In this document: positions 18,340 through 27,734 of the stretch, in pieces | Position numbering within the stretch: position 1 is the stretch's first letter | Layout: every line of letters begins with the position of its first letter | Virus record (IMG/VR): IMGVR_UViG_3300006076_000005 | Location: 1 to 53,485 of that record | DNA length: 53,485 bases | Reading direction: 5' to 3' (one strand) | DNA from: a virus | Lineage: Duplodnaviria; Caudoviricetes | Made by a program: the position numbers and the translations under genes | The notes under the pieces: generated by a model | What the model was told of the DNA's origin: nothing | Database searches by the model: none | Seen by the model: only the letters and a program-made list of their open reading frames with translations

Positions 18340-20556
18340 TTAATCATCATTTTCTGTTACATCTTCTATGTCGGTTGCTGCCGTTATCTTTTCTTCTAAG
18401 ATCTTGCTTGGATCATATGCAATGTGTTCTCTTTCATCTTTAACATATTCTAGTTCAAATCCTATCGTCTTAGTAACAGAGTTGAAGATAGTAGTAGGTC
18501 TATCTTTTCCATATTGTATTTTATTCCTATCTACTAACATATCAACATTGGTAGGTTTTTCGTTAAGAATAAGATTTCTATAAACTTCAGCGTGAGTTTC
18601 TAAGCTTGTTGCTCTATCTCTTAGTTCTGCTAAAAGATATCTTCCTCCATATGCTACAATGATCCTTGTTTCAGATTCTCCTAATGCTCTTACTGGATTT
18701 CTTCTATATGGTAGTCTATGTTTATCATGTTTGGACATAACTATTGGTATACCAAAATAGTTGGTTTTAGCAGAAGCACAAGTTAATCCGCTATCACCTA
18801 TTTTGTTCAGTAATACGGTATAAATAGGAGCTATCATGATAGGTCTTTTACTGATTTTAGTTCTACCGTCATACTTAAAAGTTACTTTATCGTATGTGGG
18901 TTTGAACCTACTATTCATTAGGTCATAAACAATTTTCCATTTTCTTTTCTTAGTATCTAGTCTTAGGAATAGATAGAAATGGTCTTTTACTATTTCTTCG
19001 ATAATAGTTCTTATATTTTCAAAATCTTTATTCTCTAAAACTTGACGATATGCTTCATATTGTTCGTTCTCTATGTAAGATAAGAACTCTACTACAACAT
19101 TCATAGCTTCTAATAACTTATTAGCATCTTCTAAATCTTTATCTGTTTTAACAATATCTCTAACTATTCTCTCTAATTTAAGCATAGACGCTTTAGTATA
19201 TCTTTCATAAAGCAATCCGATATTTAACCTATTATTAATAGATCTTGGATCTATGATAATATCTGCTCTATTACCATCTTTATCCACGGGCATATCGTCA
19301 TCTTTCCATACTTGTACTATTGTTCCTTTGTTACCATGGAAGTTAGAGAGTTTGTTTTTAACACCTATACCCATGTCATACATAACGGTAAATTCTATTC
19401 TATAAAGTTCTAATTCTGTCTTTTTAAATGTTTTCTTAAGTCTACTGTTTTCTTTGTCTGACTCTATCATGCCTATAGTTTCTACTATAAGCGTGTTGAA
19501 CTTATTACTTAAAGGTAATTCATTACCTATTGACTCTGCTTCTCTTTTAAGTCTTTTATATACAGAATAGATCTGATTGTAGAATGCTAACAATGCGTCT
19601 TTGTAGTTTTCTAGTAATTGAAATGTTCCTGTTGGTAATTCTCTTTTCTTTTTAGCATTTCTATATACTTTTATATCTACAACAGTTCCTCCAGGCTTTC
19701 TGGCATATAGTGCTTTATCGAATATAGGGTTAAATTCTCTAACACTTTCTCTGTCTATTAAAACAGGTGTTAAGAATGTATCATAATCTTTAGACTCTAA
19801 TTCCCTAACTACTGCTATAACGCCTTTTTCGTTTATTTTCTCACCTATCTCTGGAAAAGGTTTGTAGTTATTTTCATCCCCATAAATGTTAAGCAGTAAG
19901 CTATCTTTACTAACATCTAGAGAATAAGTCTCAAATATCTGGTAGTTAAATTTCTTACAGAAACTTTCACTAACTACAAAACCGTCTTCATCAACTGCCG
20001 GAATAGTCATAAAAGCCACATTAGCATTAACACCGAAACCATAATCTCCATTATCTTTTAAAGTCGGTGGTTTAGCTAGTATCTCACCTGGATTAAGTAT
20101 ATCTCCTGGTTTAAGATAATTGACTTTAGGATTTAATTCATATTTGAAACCGAAATAAGGATGATACCTATTAAACATAGGTATATTGATGTAATCGATT
20201 TCACCTGTTTCAAGATTTTTATAGATAATATAATATTCTACAGGCGCGTCTACTTTAAGTGTTTTATATCTAGTAATTACTGCTTTTACTTCTGCTGGAA
20301 CTTCTACCATTTTAGAAATCACATATTTTCCAAATTCGTGTTCTAGACCTGTTTGGATAGTATTAACCTCAGGATTTAATGGAACAATAATTTGCGATAA
20401 ATGAGAACTCATCATCAAACCCCTCGGAGAGCTATTATGCTCCACGAAGGGGTTCAATGCTGCTGATGAGAAATACTTAACATTAAGTTTTAATGGACTA
20501 TCCTCAGGCTCCACAAAGTGTTGTTCATATTTTTCGATGATGTTCTTTTTAGACAT
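18340..20556 (-). CDS. rpoB: Non-virion RNA polymerase beta C-terminal subunit (phiKZ gp71-73-like), uninterrupted
   Basis: NSSPRGLMMSSHLSQ, GFGVNANVA, DEDGFVVSES, KLSNFHGNKG, DMPVD..GNRADII, RLNIG, LNKIG, RALGESE. Confidence 0.93.
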   Translation of the reverse strand: MSKKNIIEKYEQHFVEPEDSPLKLNVKYFSSAALNPFVEHNSSPRGLMMSSHLSQIIVPLNPEVNTIQTGLEHEFGKYVISKMVEVPAEVKAVITRYKTLKVDAPVEYYIIYKNLETGEIDYINIPMFNRYHPYFGFKYELNPKVNYLKPGDILNPGEILAKPPTLKDNGDYGFGVNANVAFMTIPAVDEDGFVVSESFCKKFNYQIFETYSLDVSKDSLLLNIYGDENNYKPFPEIGEKINEKGVIAVVRELESKDYDTFLTPVLIDRESVREFNPIFDKALYARKPGGTVVDIKVYRNAKKKRELPTGTFQLLENYKDALLAFYNQIYSVYKRLKREAESIGNELPLSNKFNTLIVETIGMIESDKENSRLKKTFKKTELELYRIEFTVMYDMGIGVKNKLSNFHGNKGTIVQVWKDDDMPVDKDGNRADIIIDPRSINNRLNIGLLYERYTKASMLKLERIVRDIVKTDKDLEDANKLLEAMNVVVEFLSYIENEQYEAYRQVLENKDFENIRTIIEEIVKDHFYLFLRLDTKKRKWKIVYDLMNSRFKPTYDKVTFKYDGRTKISKRPIMIAPIYTVLLNKIGDSGLTCASAKTNYFGIPIVMSKHDKHRLPYRRNPVRALGESETRIIVAYGGRYLLAELRDRATSLETHAEVYRNLILNEKPTNVDMLVDRNKIQYGKDRPTTIFNSVTKTIGFELEYVKDEREHIAYDPSKILEEKITAATDIEDVTENDD

Positions 20557-20689
20557 AGATCCTCCTTAATTCGTTGTTAATTTCAGAGATCATCACACTG
20601 ATCTCATATGAGTGATATGATAATAAAAAAATATTGAAACAAAAAGTTTTCAACGTGTAGTTTTTAATTAAATCAGTAAAGGATTAACA

Positions 20690-21388
20690 ATGCATTTTGA
20701 CGGCACTATCACTTGGGAATTTATAGGAACTATAGTTTTTTCTATCTTATCTGTCGTAGGTGCTTATTTTAATCTTAAAAATAAGATAGAAATATCGTCT
20801 ACCACACTAGAAGAATTAGAATCTACTAATGAAACCATCAATAACGAATTAGGTAAGCTTAAAGAAGATTTACAGGTAAAGTATAATCTAAATAAATCTA
20901 CAATACACGATGAGATAAAAACAGAGATAGAAGAACTTAATAAAAAACATCTAGTGTTAGAAAATAATATTAAGAAAGATATAGAAAAACTTAAAGGTGA
21001 AGTTGTTGACATTATGAAGAATATGGCTGCTGTGTATGAAGAAAAACTAACTAATATACAGAATATAGCAGAAGAAAGATTAAGTAATATTAAAAGAGAA
21101 TCTAGCGACAAAATAACTAAATTAGATAGCTCTATGGAAAAAGAGTTAGAGGCTATAAAGAACCTATTCTTTAGAAAGCTAGATGAAGCTAATACTAATA
21201 TAACAACTATAAGAAAGAATTTATCTAACCTAGAGATAAAGTTAGAAAAGTATAACGCCAATAGTATATCTAATGCCGAAAATCTTAAGTATGTAACTAA
21301 AATAGTAGAAAAGAATGAAAACGATGTTAAACTTCTTATGGAAAGATTACTATTTAAAAATGTTAAAAATGATCTTAATAATAACTAA
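20690..21388 (+). CDS. N-terminal TM anchor plus long coiled coil (holin/spanin-accessory-like, function unknown)
   Basis: FIGTIVFSILSVVGAYF followed by heptad-rich helices; SD AAGGA. Confidence 0.65.
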   Translation: MHFDGTITWEFIGTIVFSILSVVGAYFNLKNKIEISSTTLEELESTNETINNELGKLKEDLQVKYNLNKSTIHDEIKTEIEELNKKHLVLENNIKKDIEKLKGEVVDIMKNMAAVYEEKLTNIQNIAEERLSNIKRESSDKITKLDSSMEKELEAIKNLFFRKLDEANTNITTIRKNLSNLEIKLEKYNANSISNAENLKYVTKIVEKNENDVKLLMERLLFKNVKNDLNNN

Positions 21389-21469
21389 TTAATTAATGGT
21401 TAAATAAAAAGTTATATTTAAGTGATGTAGGTAACTATAACCTACAGAACAAATAAGAAAGGATAGGTT

Positions 21470-21637
21470 ATGGCTAAAAAAGTTGTAAAAAGAAAAGCGA
21501 CTAAAAAAGTTACTAAAAAACCTGCAATGAAACCTAGAAAAGCTACTTCTAGAAAAAAACCTGTTAAAAGAGTTGGTGGTAAAAAAACTACTAAAAAAAA
21601 GTCAGTAAAAAAAGCAACTCGCAAAAAAAGAAGATAA
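21470..21637 (+). CDS. Histone H1-like Lys-rich peptide (55 aa)
   Basis: MAKKVVKRKATKKVTKKPAMKPRKATSRKKPVKRVGGKKTTKKKSVKKATRKKRR; 29/55 K+R, no D/E; AAAGGA upstream. Below the ORF-track cutoff. Confidence 0.75.
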   Translation: MAKKVVKRKATKKVTKKPAMKPRKATSRKKPVKRVGGKKTTKKKSVKKATRKKRR

Positions 21638-21831
21638 ATTGGGCTAAAAAGGCAGTTAAGCATCCTGGAGCATTTAAAAGCTGGTGTCAAAGACAAGGCT
21701 ATAGTAAAGTTAATACAAGATGCATAAATAAAGGTAAAAAAGCGTCAGATCCTTTAGTTAGAAAAAGAGCAGTACTAGCAGACAACTTTAGAAAAATGAG
21801 AGCTAAACGTAAAAAGAAGGTTAAAAAATGA
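21595..21831 (+). CDS. Start-less -1 frame basic domain (WAKKAVKHPGAF...RKRAVLA), probably fused to 21470..21637
   Basis: The frame opens right after TAA 21592-21594 at an A8G run; its stop TGA overlaps the next ATG (ATGA). Confidence 0.6.
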   Translation, partial: KKVSKKSNSQKKKINWAKKAVKHPGAFKSWCQRQGYSKVNTRCINKGKKASDPLVRKRAVLADNFRKMRAKRKKKVKK

Positions 21832-21971
21832 GGCGCAATGTTACAAGGCCTAAATACAGAACACAAAGAAGAAAATTAAGAAGAGTATCAAGAAACCCAA
21901 ATTGCACTAGGGCTAGAAACAATAAACCAAGATTATATAAAAATAGAAGAAGAATAATTATTTCGAGATAG
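21828..21971 (+). CDS. Arg-rich protamine-like peptide (47 aa)
   Basis: MRRNVTRPKYRTQRRKLRRVSRNPNCTRARNNKPRLYKNRRRIIISR; 16 R + 4 K, no D/E; AAGAAGG upstream; TAG inside the terminator hairpin. Confidence 0.65.
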   Translation: MRRNVTRPKYRTQRRKLRRVSRNPNCTRARNNKPRLYKNRRRIIISR

Positions 21972-21997
21972 AGGAGTTCCGTATGGAACTCCTCTAT
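21968..21997. terminator. Bidirectional hairpin terminator
   Basis: ATAGAGGAGTTCC-gtat-GGAACTCCTCTAT. Confidence 0.75.
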
Positions 21998-21998
21998 T

Positions 21999-22325
21999 TT
22001 AATATTCTTTCTCTTCTATCAGATCTATTATCTTTTTAGCTACTTCGGGTTTAAGTATCTTTATCTGTTTCTCGCCGTTATAATCAGTAGGATGATAATA
22101 GCCATTTATTAATAAATGTATGAAAAATACAGACTCCGGCAACTTAAATTCTTGTTTAAGTAACCCATAGAAGTCTCCTATATAACTATAACTAACACTT
22201 CCTGTTATATTCTCTACCACATAATCATCTCCTTCTTTTAAATCAGAAGACAACGTTATAACAAACTCTGCTATCCTTTTATAATTTAAATCGTTGTTCT
22301 TACTCATAAATTTTTCTACAGTCAT
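21999..22325 (-). CDS. Conserved small phiKZ-like protein (108 aa)
   Basis: AAGGAG precedes ATG 22325 (MTVEK); motif YIGDFYGLL...LINGY..PTDY. Confidence 0.7.
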   Translation of the reverse strand: MTVEKFMSKNNDLNYKRIAEFVITLSSDLKEGDDYVVENITGSVSYSYIGDFYGLLKQEFKLPESVFFIHLLINGYYHPTDYNGEKQIKILKPEVAKKIIDLIEEKEY

Positions 22326-22365
22326 CTTCGACTCCTTAAAAAAAATAAAAAAGACCCAGAGGATC

Positions 22366-23763
22366 TCATCTGAATCCCCTAGGTACATAAGTCCTTGTTC
22401 TTGTTGTTGTAACAGGAGTCCTGCTTCCAACTTTAACAAAACCTGGATTACTGCCTGTCGACACTGGTCTAGGCATACGAACTCTTGATCCAAAATTAGA
22501 AACAGTATTAACTCTACCTCCAAAACCTGTAGATGCAACTGGTTTACCATAACCCATACCCGTATTACTAACACCTACCGGTCTACTATAGGTGTTGGTT
22601 ACAGGTGTAGGATTATTATAAACATTACCGTTTATCCCTACTGGTTTAGGTCTATTGTCTAAGCCAAATTTCTCTCTCATCCTACTCCAAAAATCGCCTC
22701 CATTATTACTTTGTTGTGTTGGTTGGTTAACTGGCTGCTTTGTTATAGTCTGTGTTGTATTAGGAGGAGTTATTTTATTAACTGTTGATTTTTTAGTTAG
22801 TTCATCTTCTCTAGGTATAGTTCTAACAGTAGAAGCGACTTCTTCTACAAAATCCGATAAATTAGCAATGTCTACAGGTAGAGGTTTTATAGTTAGTTTT
22901 TCTATAACATCTTCTTCTGGATCATGTTTTATTATAGATGTTATAATAGGTTTTACTTTCTTATAGAAGAAATCATATGCCTCCATAAGACTTATGAATG
23001 CTGGAGCTATTTCGTTTATACTACCAAACATAAAACCTTCGTCTAATTTTTCAACACTTTCCTCATAAACGAATTCATAAAGGCTTAGAAAATCGTGCTT
23101 ATCTTTCTTTCTAATTTTCACTCCCATGAATTTTTCTTTATTAGGATTGATATTTGTCAACTCTTCTAAAAACGGAAAAGATAATATAGTAATTTTATTA
23201 TACTTAACATCATTAACTTTACCACCATTCTTTATCATAAGTTTGTTATAAATAAAAGCTTGTTTATATTCTTTAAGAATAACTTCATAAAGTTTAACCC
23301 AGTTCTCTATTGTTTTTTCATCAACTTGTGATTTCATACCAGGAGATTTGTACCTTCCCAGTAACGCTGCGAATGTCACAAGTTTTACATCAGTTGTTAC
23401 ATCTCTCTTTGTATCGGATATTAGATAAAATAGACTTTCACCTAACTGATAAAACACACCCAACATTTTAAGTTCAATGATTTCTCTTAGTCTACTTAAA
23501 GAACTAGAAGTTCCTTTTATAGGATCTTCATTAATAGGGTTAAATAGAACTTTACTAACTTTTATAGTTCCATTGCTAACATCTACAGCAGTTCTTATAT
23601 TCTCCTGTGTTGGTAGAAATACAGGAACTTTGTTAATAGTAAGAGGAGTCAGTTGACTCCCTTTTACAAATACTTGACCATTTTCATCTACAACCATATC
23701 CAACATCTCTAACAGTTCTTTATAAAATTTTATTAGTTTGTCTTGTTTGTTTTGTTTAAACAT
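22366..23763 (-). CDS. Conserved core protein (phiKZ gp70-like) with disordered basic C-terminal tail
   Basis: FYKELL, LPT..N, FNPINED..KG.S, GVKIRKKD motifs; synteny. Confidence 0.7.
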   Translation of the reverse strand: MFKQNKQDKLIKFYKELLEMLDMVVDENGQVFVKGSQLTPLTINKVPVFLPTQENIRTAVDVSNGTIKVSKVLFNPINEDPIKGTSSSLSRLREIIELKMLGVFYQLGESLFYLISDTKRDVTTDVKLVTFAALLGRYKSPGMKSQVDEKTIENWVKLYEVILKEYKQAFIYNKLMIKNGGKVNDVKYNKITILSFPFLEELTNINPNKEKFMGVKIRKKDKHDFLSLYEFVYEESVEKLDEGFMFGSINEIAPAFISLMEAYDFFYKKVKPIITSIIKHDPEEDVIEKLTIKPLPVDIANLSDFVEEVASTVRTIPREDELTKKSTVNKITPPNTTQTITKQPVNQPTQQSNNGGDFWSRMREKFGLDNRPKPVGINGNVYNNPTPVTNTYSRPVGVSNTGMGYGKPVASTGFGGRVNTVSNFGSRVRMPRPVSTGSNPGFVKVGSRTPVTTTRTRTYVPRGFR

Positions 23764-23783
23764 TTTTTACTCCTTTTTGTGTA

Positions 23784-25322
23784 TTAAAATATGTTATCCA
23801 TATGCAAAGCATTTGGATTTGTTATTAAACCGTATGTTCTCTGTTTAGCTTCGCTTGCTTCAGTTATAACAACATCTAACATATTTTGGTAATCAGATGT
23901 TAACCTATTTAAATTACCTTCATCCATAACAAGATGGTTAAATTTAGCATTAGCAAATGTTGGGAATTTATAAACAACTTCAGATCCACCGTCTACACTA
24001 ATTCCAACTATAGTATCACCTTCTAAGATAGACATAACATTAAGCTCTATTTGTAATTCGTCATTATGAGATATTGTAGGCCATACTAGATTAGTAAATA
24101 GTGTTTTAAATTTCTCAAATAGTGGAATAGGGTTCATACCTGTTATTACAGGATTTAATGTATTAGGAGTTATTATTAATTCTCCACTAATGTTGGTAGC
24201 ACTGAATGCTACTTGTCCTAAGAAAGTTTTAGACATAATATCAGAAATAGTTTCTTGGATAAGATACGCTGCTCTGGTTTCGTAGCTTGTATCATGAGTA
24301 TCGGCACTATCGTTTATGTTATAAATAGCTATTTGTTGTGGGCCACTAGCTAAAGTAACAGTTGTCTTAGCCGGTACACTGGGATCTAGTCTTTTGAGAT
24401 CCTCTATTGAAAACATAAACAGTCTTCTAGGATCACTAACTGCCTCTTTTAAATTCTTAATATGTTTAAATAATTTTACCTTATCGAATTCATTTCCTAT
24501 TACATTGGATAGAATGTCTAAATAGATATCTTCGTCATATCCAACATCATCCACTAGATCCATGGTTTCCATGGTTTTCTTAATGAGTTTAGCCACATAG
24601 AGAATTGGTATGTTGATATCTTTCTCGATAAGAGTTATGTCGTTAAACGAAGGTATATTAGAAATATGTTGTATACCTAAATCTATACTTTTTGTTTGTT
24701 TTATCTTTTCTATAACAGCATCAGGTTTAGCTACTTTAAGATGGTTAAATACACCTGTTTCATCAAAGGTTATTTTAAAATTACCTAATATGGTCGGAAC
24801 ATAAGATTGTAATCTTTTGTTAAAAGTTTTCTTAACAGATAAGATAGAATTTGGTATAAACAACATTTTTTCATCTAGTATACCCTCACTACCTTTTTGA
24901 ACATAACCAAAATAATTAGTATATCCTTGCACATATTCTATGTAGCTAATATTGCTGTTAGGAACTTTATACTCTATTTCTAGCGCAAATTTAAATCTTT
25001 TAGTATCCCAACCATTAGCTATAGGCGCCTCTGCTATGATCCTCTCAGATGGTGTCATAAGTTGTGGAGAATTTTTAATTATTTCTGCTTCTATCCCTCC
25101 TGTCTTTATGTCGCCCTCTACTCTTCTACTAACAGCGTCTTTTATTACACTTAAATCTCTCATAGTTGTTTGTGTTGTAATAGGTCTAACGAACTGTTTT
25201 TTGTAAGTAGAGGTTTCTCCTAAAATCAACTTGTTGATACTTACGATAAAGTTCTCTCTAATTCTAACTCCTCCGTTTGTTGGAAAACCATTGTTTTGGT
25301 TCATGCTTACTAATTTTGCCAT
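23784..25322 (-). CDS. picA: Phage-nucleus import factor PicA/Imp1 (phiKZ gp69-like)
   Basis: YKKQFVRP, IANGWDTKRFKF, YVQGYT, FIPNSI, FSATN, FPTFAN; lies between the gp68- and gp70-like genes; ATG 25322 after AAGGAG. Confidence 0.72.
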   Translation of the reverse strand: MAKLVSMNQNNGFPTNGGVRIRENFIVSINKLILGETSTYKKQFVRPITTQTTMRDLSVIKDAVSRRVEGDIKTGGIEAEIIKNSPQLMTPSERIIAEAPIANGWDTKRFKFALEIEYKVPNSNISYIEYVQGYTNYFGYVQKGSEGILDEKMLFIPNSILSVKKTFNKRLQSYVPTILGNFKITFDETGVFNHLKVAKPDAVIEKIKQTKSIDLGIQHISNIPSFNDITLIEKDINIPILYVAKLIKKTMETMDLVDDVGYDEDIYLDILSNVIGNEFDKVKLFKHIKNLKEAVSDPRRLFMFSIEDLKRLDPSVPAKTTVTLASGPQQIAIYNINDSADTHDTSYETRAAYLIQETISDIMSKTFLGQVAFSATNISGELIITPNTLNPVITGMNPIPLFEKFKTLFTNLVWPTISHNDELQIELNVMSILEGDTIVGISVDGGSEVVYKFPTFANAKFNHLVMDEGNLNRLTSDYQNMLDVVITEASEAKQRTYGLITNPNALHMDNIF

Positions 25323-25350
25323 CGACACTCCTTTAAAATAAAAATGTTTA

Positions 25351-25376
25351 GGATAGGTTATATGTATAACCTATCC
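25351..25376. terminator. Hairpin
   Basis: GGATAGGTTATA-tg-TATAACCTATCC. Confidence 0.6.
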
Positions 25377-25397
25377 AAATTAATGATATGGTTTCAA

Positions 25398-26948
25398 TTA
25401 TTTTTTGGATTCAATTATTCTCAGTAACATCCTAATAAGATCGTTCTTAATATCTTCATGGATGCTTATATCTTTAATTACTTTACCATAAGCTTTAATA
25501 ATATCTTCGTTAAACGCTATAGTTCTTAGACTATACTCTTGAAGATTCTGTATCATCCTACCAAGTGTTTCTTCTACATAATCTTTTTCTACTAAATTTT
25601 TACCAGATTTAATAAGTCTTTTATATGGAAAGTATTGGTTAAGTCTCTCTTTAAGTTCAGGATCTATTTTGTTTTTAACTGTTGATGATAACTTAATCAC
25701 ACTAACACCATCTATTCTTATATCATAACTAGCTAATATTATTGCTAGCTTATGAAAATTATTTTTCATTAACCAAATATAGGCTATCGACATTAGATTA
25801 AATAGTTCATCCTTTTTAAGATACATTATACCTCTTGGATCCATAATGTTCTTAAATATATAGGAAGTGATATAAATATTTTCTTTTAAAGGCTTAAAGG
25901 TGGTATGCGTCGCAAACATATCTTTATACTTCTGGAATTCCTCCATAGTGGTGTCTAATCTTAAATCTCTTATCAGTATTTCGGGTTGTTGGACATATGC
26001 TCTAAATTCTTCTATATTACCAACTGTAACATTAGAAGGAGTTCTGAATGACTCTAAGTTAGATTCTGACTCATTGTCGCCTTCACCATTATTAAAATGT
26101 CTTATCTTTATGTCCGATACATTAGATTTGAACTTCAACTGGTTACTACAATAGTTGTAAATTTTCGTTATCGTAGATTTCATATTGCTATCTTCTAGTT
26201 CATTGTTAGTGAATATTTTTTCTACGATAACTTTAGCTAAAAGATAATCTGTTAGAGAAGCTTTACTAACATTCTTTTCTAAAATCCTTATAGTAATTTT
26301 GGCTTCATCGTTTTCTAGTCTATTAACTAATTTCTCTATAGACTCTTTAACTTTAACGAAAGGTTTGGTTTGTGCTATAGGGTGTGTAATGATGAGTTGC
26401 AGATAGATTACTTCTCTATACGGATTATTAGTCAATACTCCACTTTTTAAATGTGCGAATTTACCTATAAGTGGGAATATTGCTTTAAGTATTGTAACTA
26501 ATGCTATAAGCCCTATGTAATCTTCTTTAAGATAAGTTTGTACTCTAGAACCTCTTTCATCTCTTTCTATTCTTTCGTCGAATACATCTCCTAGTTTGCT
26601 AGGAGGTGTGATTATTTTTGTTTTCTTAATAAAATCTATAACATCTTCTAGACTAAAACTATCTAAAATTCTATGGAATATTTCTACAGGTAAAGGTTCT
26701 AAATCTTTCTTTAAAGAGTACTCTAATAGTTCATCATCTGACTTCTCATATTTAGCAAATAGTTCATCTTGAAATTTTCTACCTTTATAATCTAAATAAC
26801 TATTAAGTATAAAGAATAGTTTATCAGGATCAATAGGATCTCTGAGCCTCCTGTTAATTAAAGAATTAACAGGAAACTCTAATTCAGTATTATTATGTTC
26901 TACAATAACTTTAGCATCATATTTACTATTATCTAATTTAAACTTCAT
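25398..26948 (-). CDS. nvRNAP sigma-like promoter-specificity subunit (phiKZ gp68-like)
   Basis: 516 aa; SRVQTYLKEDYIGL..L...LK...P..G, ESNLESFR, L..YFPY; synteny. Confidence 0.75.
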   Translation of the reverse strand: MKFKLDNSKYDAKVIVEHNNTELEFPVNSLINRRLRDPIDPDKLFFILNSYLDYKGRKFQDELFAKYEKSDDELLEYSLKKDLEPLPVEIFHRILDSFSLEDVIDFIKKTKIITPPSKLGDVFDERIERDERGSRVQTYLKEDYIGLIALVTILKAIFPLIGKFAHLKSGVLTNNPYREVIYLQLIITHPIAQTKPFVKVKESIEKLVNRLENDEAKITIRILEKNVSKASLTDYLLAKVIVEKIFTNNELEDSNMKSTITKIYNYCSNQLKFKSNVSDIKIRHFNNGEGDNESESNLESFRTPSNVTVGNIEEFRAYVQQPEILIRDLRLDTTMEEFQKYKDMFATHTTFKPLKENIYITSYIFKNIMDPRGIMYLKKDELFNLMSIAYIWLMKNNFHKLAIILASYDIRIDGVSVIKLSSTVKNKIDPELKERLNQYFPYKRLIKSGKNLVEKDYVEETLGRMIQNLQEYSLRTIAFNEDIIKAYGKVIKDISIHEDIKNDLIRMLLRIIESKK

Positions 26949-26970
26949 AACGATCTCCTTTAGTTAGTTT

Positions 26971-27624
26971 TTAAAATATATCATCTACATCTAGATCTTG
27001 GTTACTAGATTTGTTTTCTTTATTAGTGGAAGTTGTATTATCATTTTTAGGTTTATTATCCAGATTAGGTGTTTGTAATTCTAAAAATGAAGCCACGACA
27101 TCTTCTAATAGCCTTTTATAGCTTTCTAATTTTAATTTACTTATTAAAGTTTTATCGGTAACTCTTTCTCCATTTATGAAAAACTCTTCATAAGGTGTCT
27201 TTAAGAAAGGGAACACATATCTTGTTTCTGCTTTCGATTTTATAAACAGAAAATTAATAACTTCATTGTTTTCATTCTTAACTTTACCAACACCAAAAGA
27301 GCCTATATAGTCTTTTTCATCTACTAGTGGTTTGTTATTGTTATCCCACTTTAATCCGTATATAGCAATTTCAAATTCATACTTGTTATCTTTAAGTTCT
27401 CTTCTATCTAAGTTTTCCATCTCTGCTAAAAGTATCCTTACCTTATCAGATGGTATAGACATTGTAAATAGCAATTTATTTTTCTTTCTATCTTTAGACA
27501 TTTCCTTAACATACAACCTTAATGAATTGTTATATATGCCTAAACTCAACACTCTCAACTTTTCACCATTATCCCTGAATAAAGCAACTTTGCCTAACAT
27601 GTTGTTAATGATTTTCGGATCCAT
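26971..27624 (-). CDS. Conserved core protein (phiKZ gp67-like), acidic tail DVDDIF suggests SSB-like role
   Basis: Synteny; beta-rich core with a low-complexity linker and acidic-aromatic C-terminus. Confidence 0.55.
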   Translation of the reverse strand: MDPKIINNMLGKVALFRDNGEKLRVLSLGIYNNSLRLYVKEMSKDRKKNKLLFTMSIPSDKVRILLAEMENLDRRELKDNKYEFEIAIYGLKWDNNNKPLVDEKDYIGSFGVGKVKNENNEVINFLFIKSKAETRYVFPFLKTPYEEFFINGERVTDKTLISKLKLESYKRLLEDVVASFLELQTPNLDNKPKNDNTTSTNKENKSSNQDLDVDDIF

Positions 27625-27695
27625 TTATACTCCTTTTAATTAATATTGATTTACTTCAAATTAGTATTACGATACTAAAAAAATATTGAATTCCA

Positions 27696-27731
27696 ACGAT
27701 AGTTCCCTTATAACTTAATGGGAACTATCGT
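27696..27731. terminator. Hairpin terminator
   Basis: ACGATAGTTCCC...GGGAACTATCGT. Confidence 0.7.
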
Positions 27732-27734
27732 ATG

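Noticed and set aside
18340-20556. Expected intron/homing endonuclease in the gp71-73 RNAP gene, as in phiKZ
   Set aside because: The ORF is continuous for 738 aa with no GC-rich insertion.
21442-21696. 84-aa hydrophobic minus-strand ORF
   Set aside because: It is the antisense shadow of the Lys-rich plus-strand peptide (AAA read as TTT), with no SD.
22326-22574. N-terminal extension of the 191-aa track ORF 21999..22574
   Set aside because: It overlaps the gp70-like gene out of frame; a good SD precedes ATG 22325.
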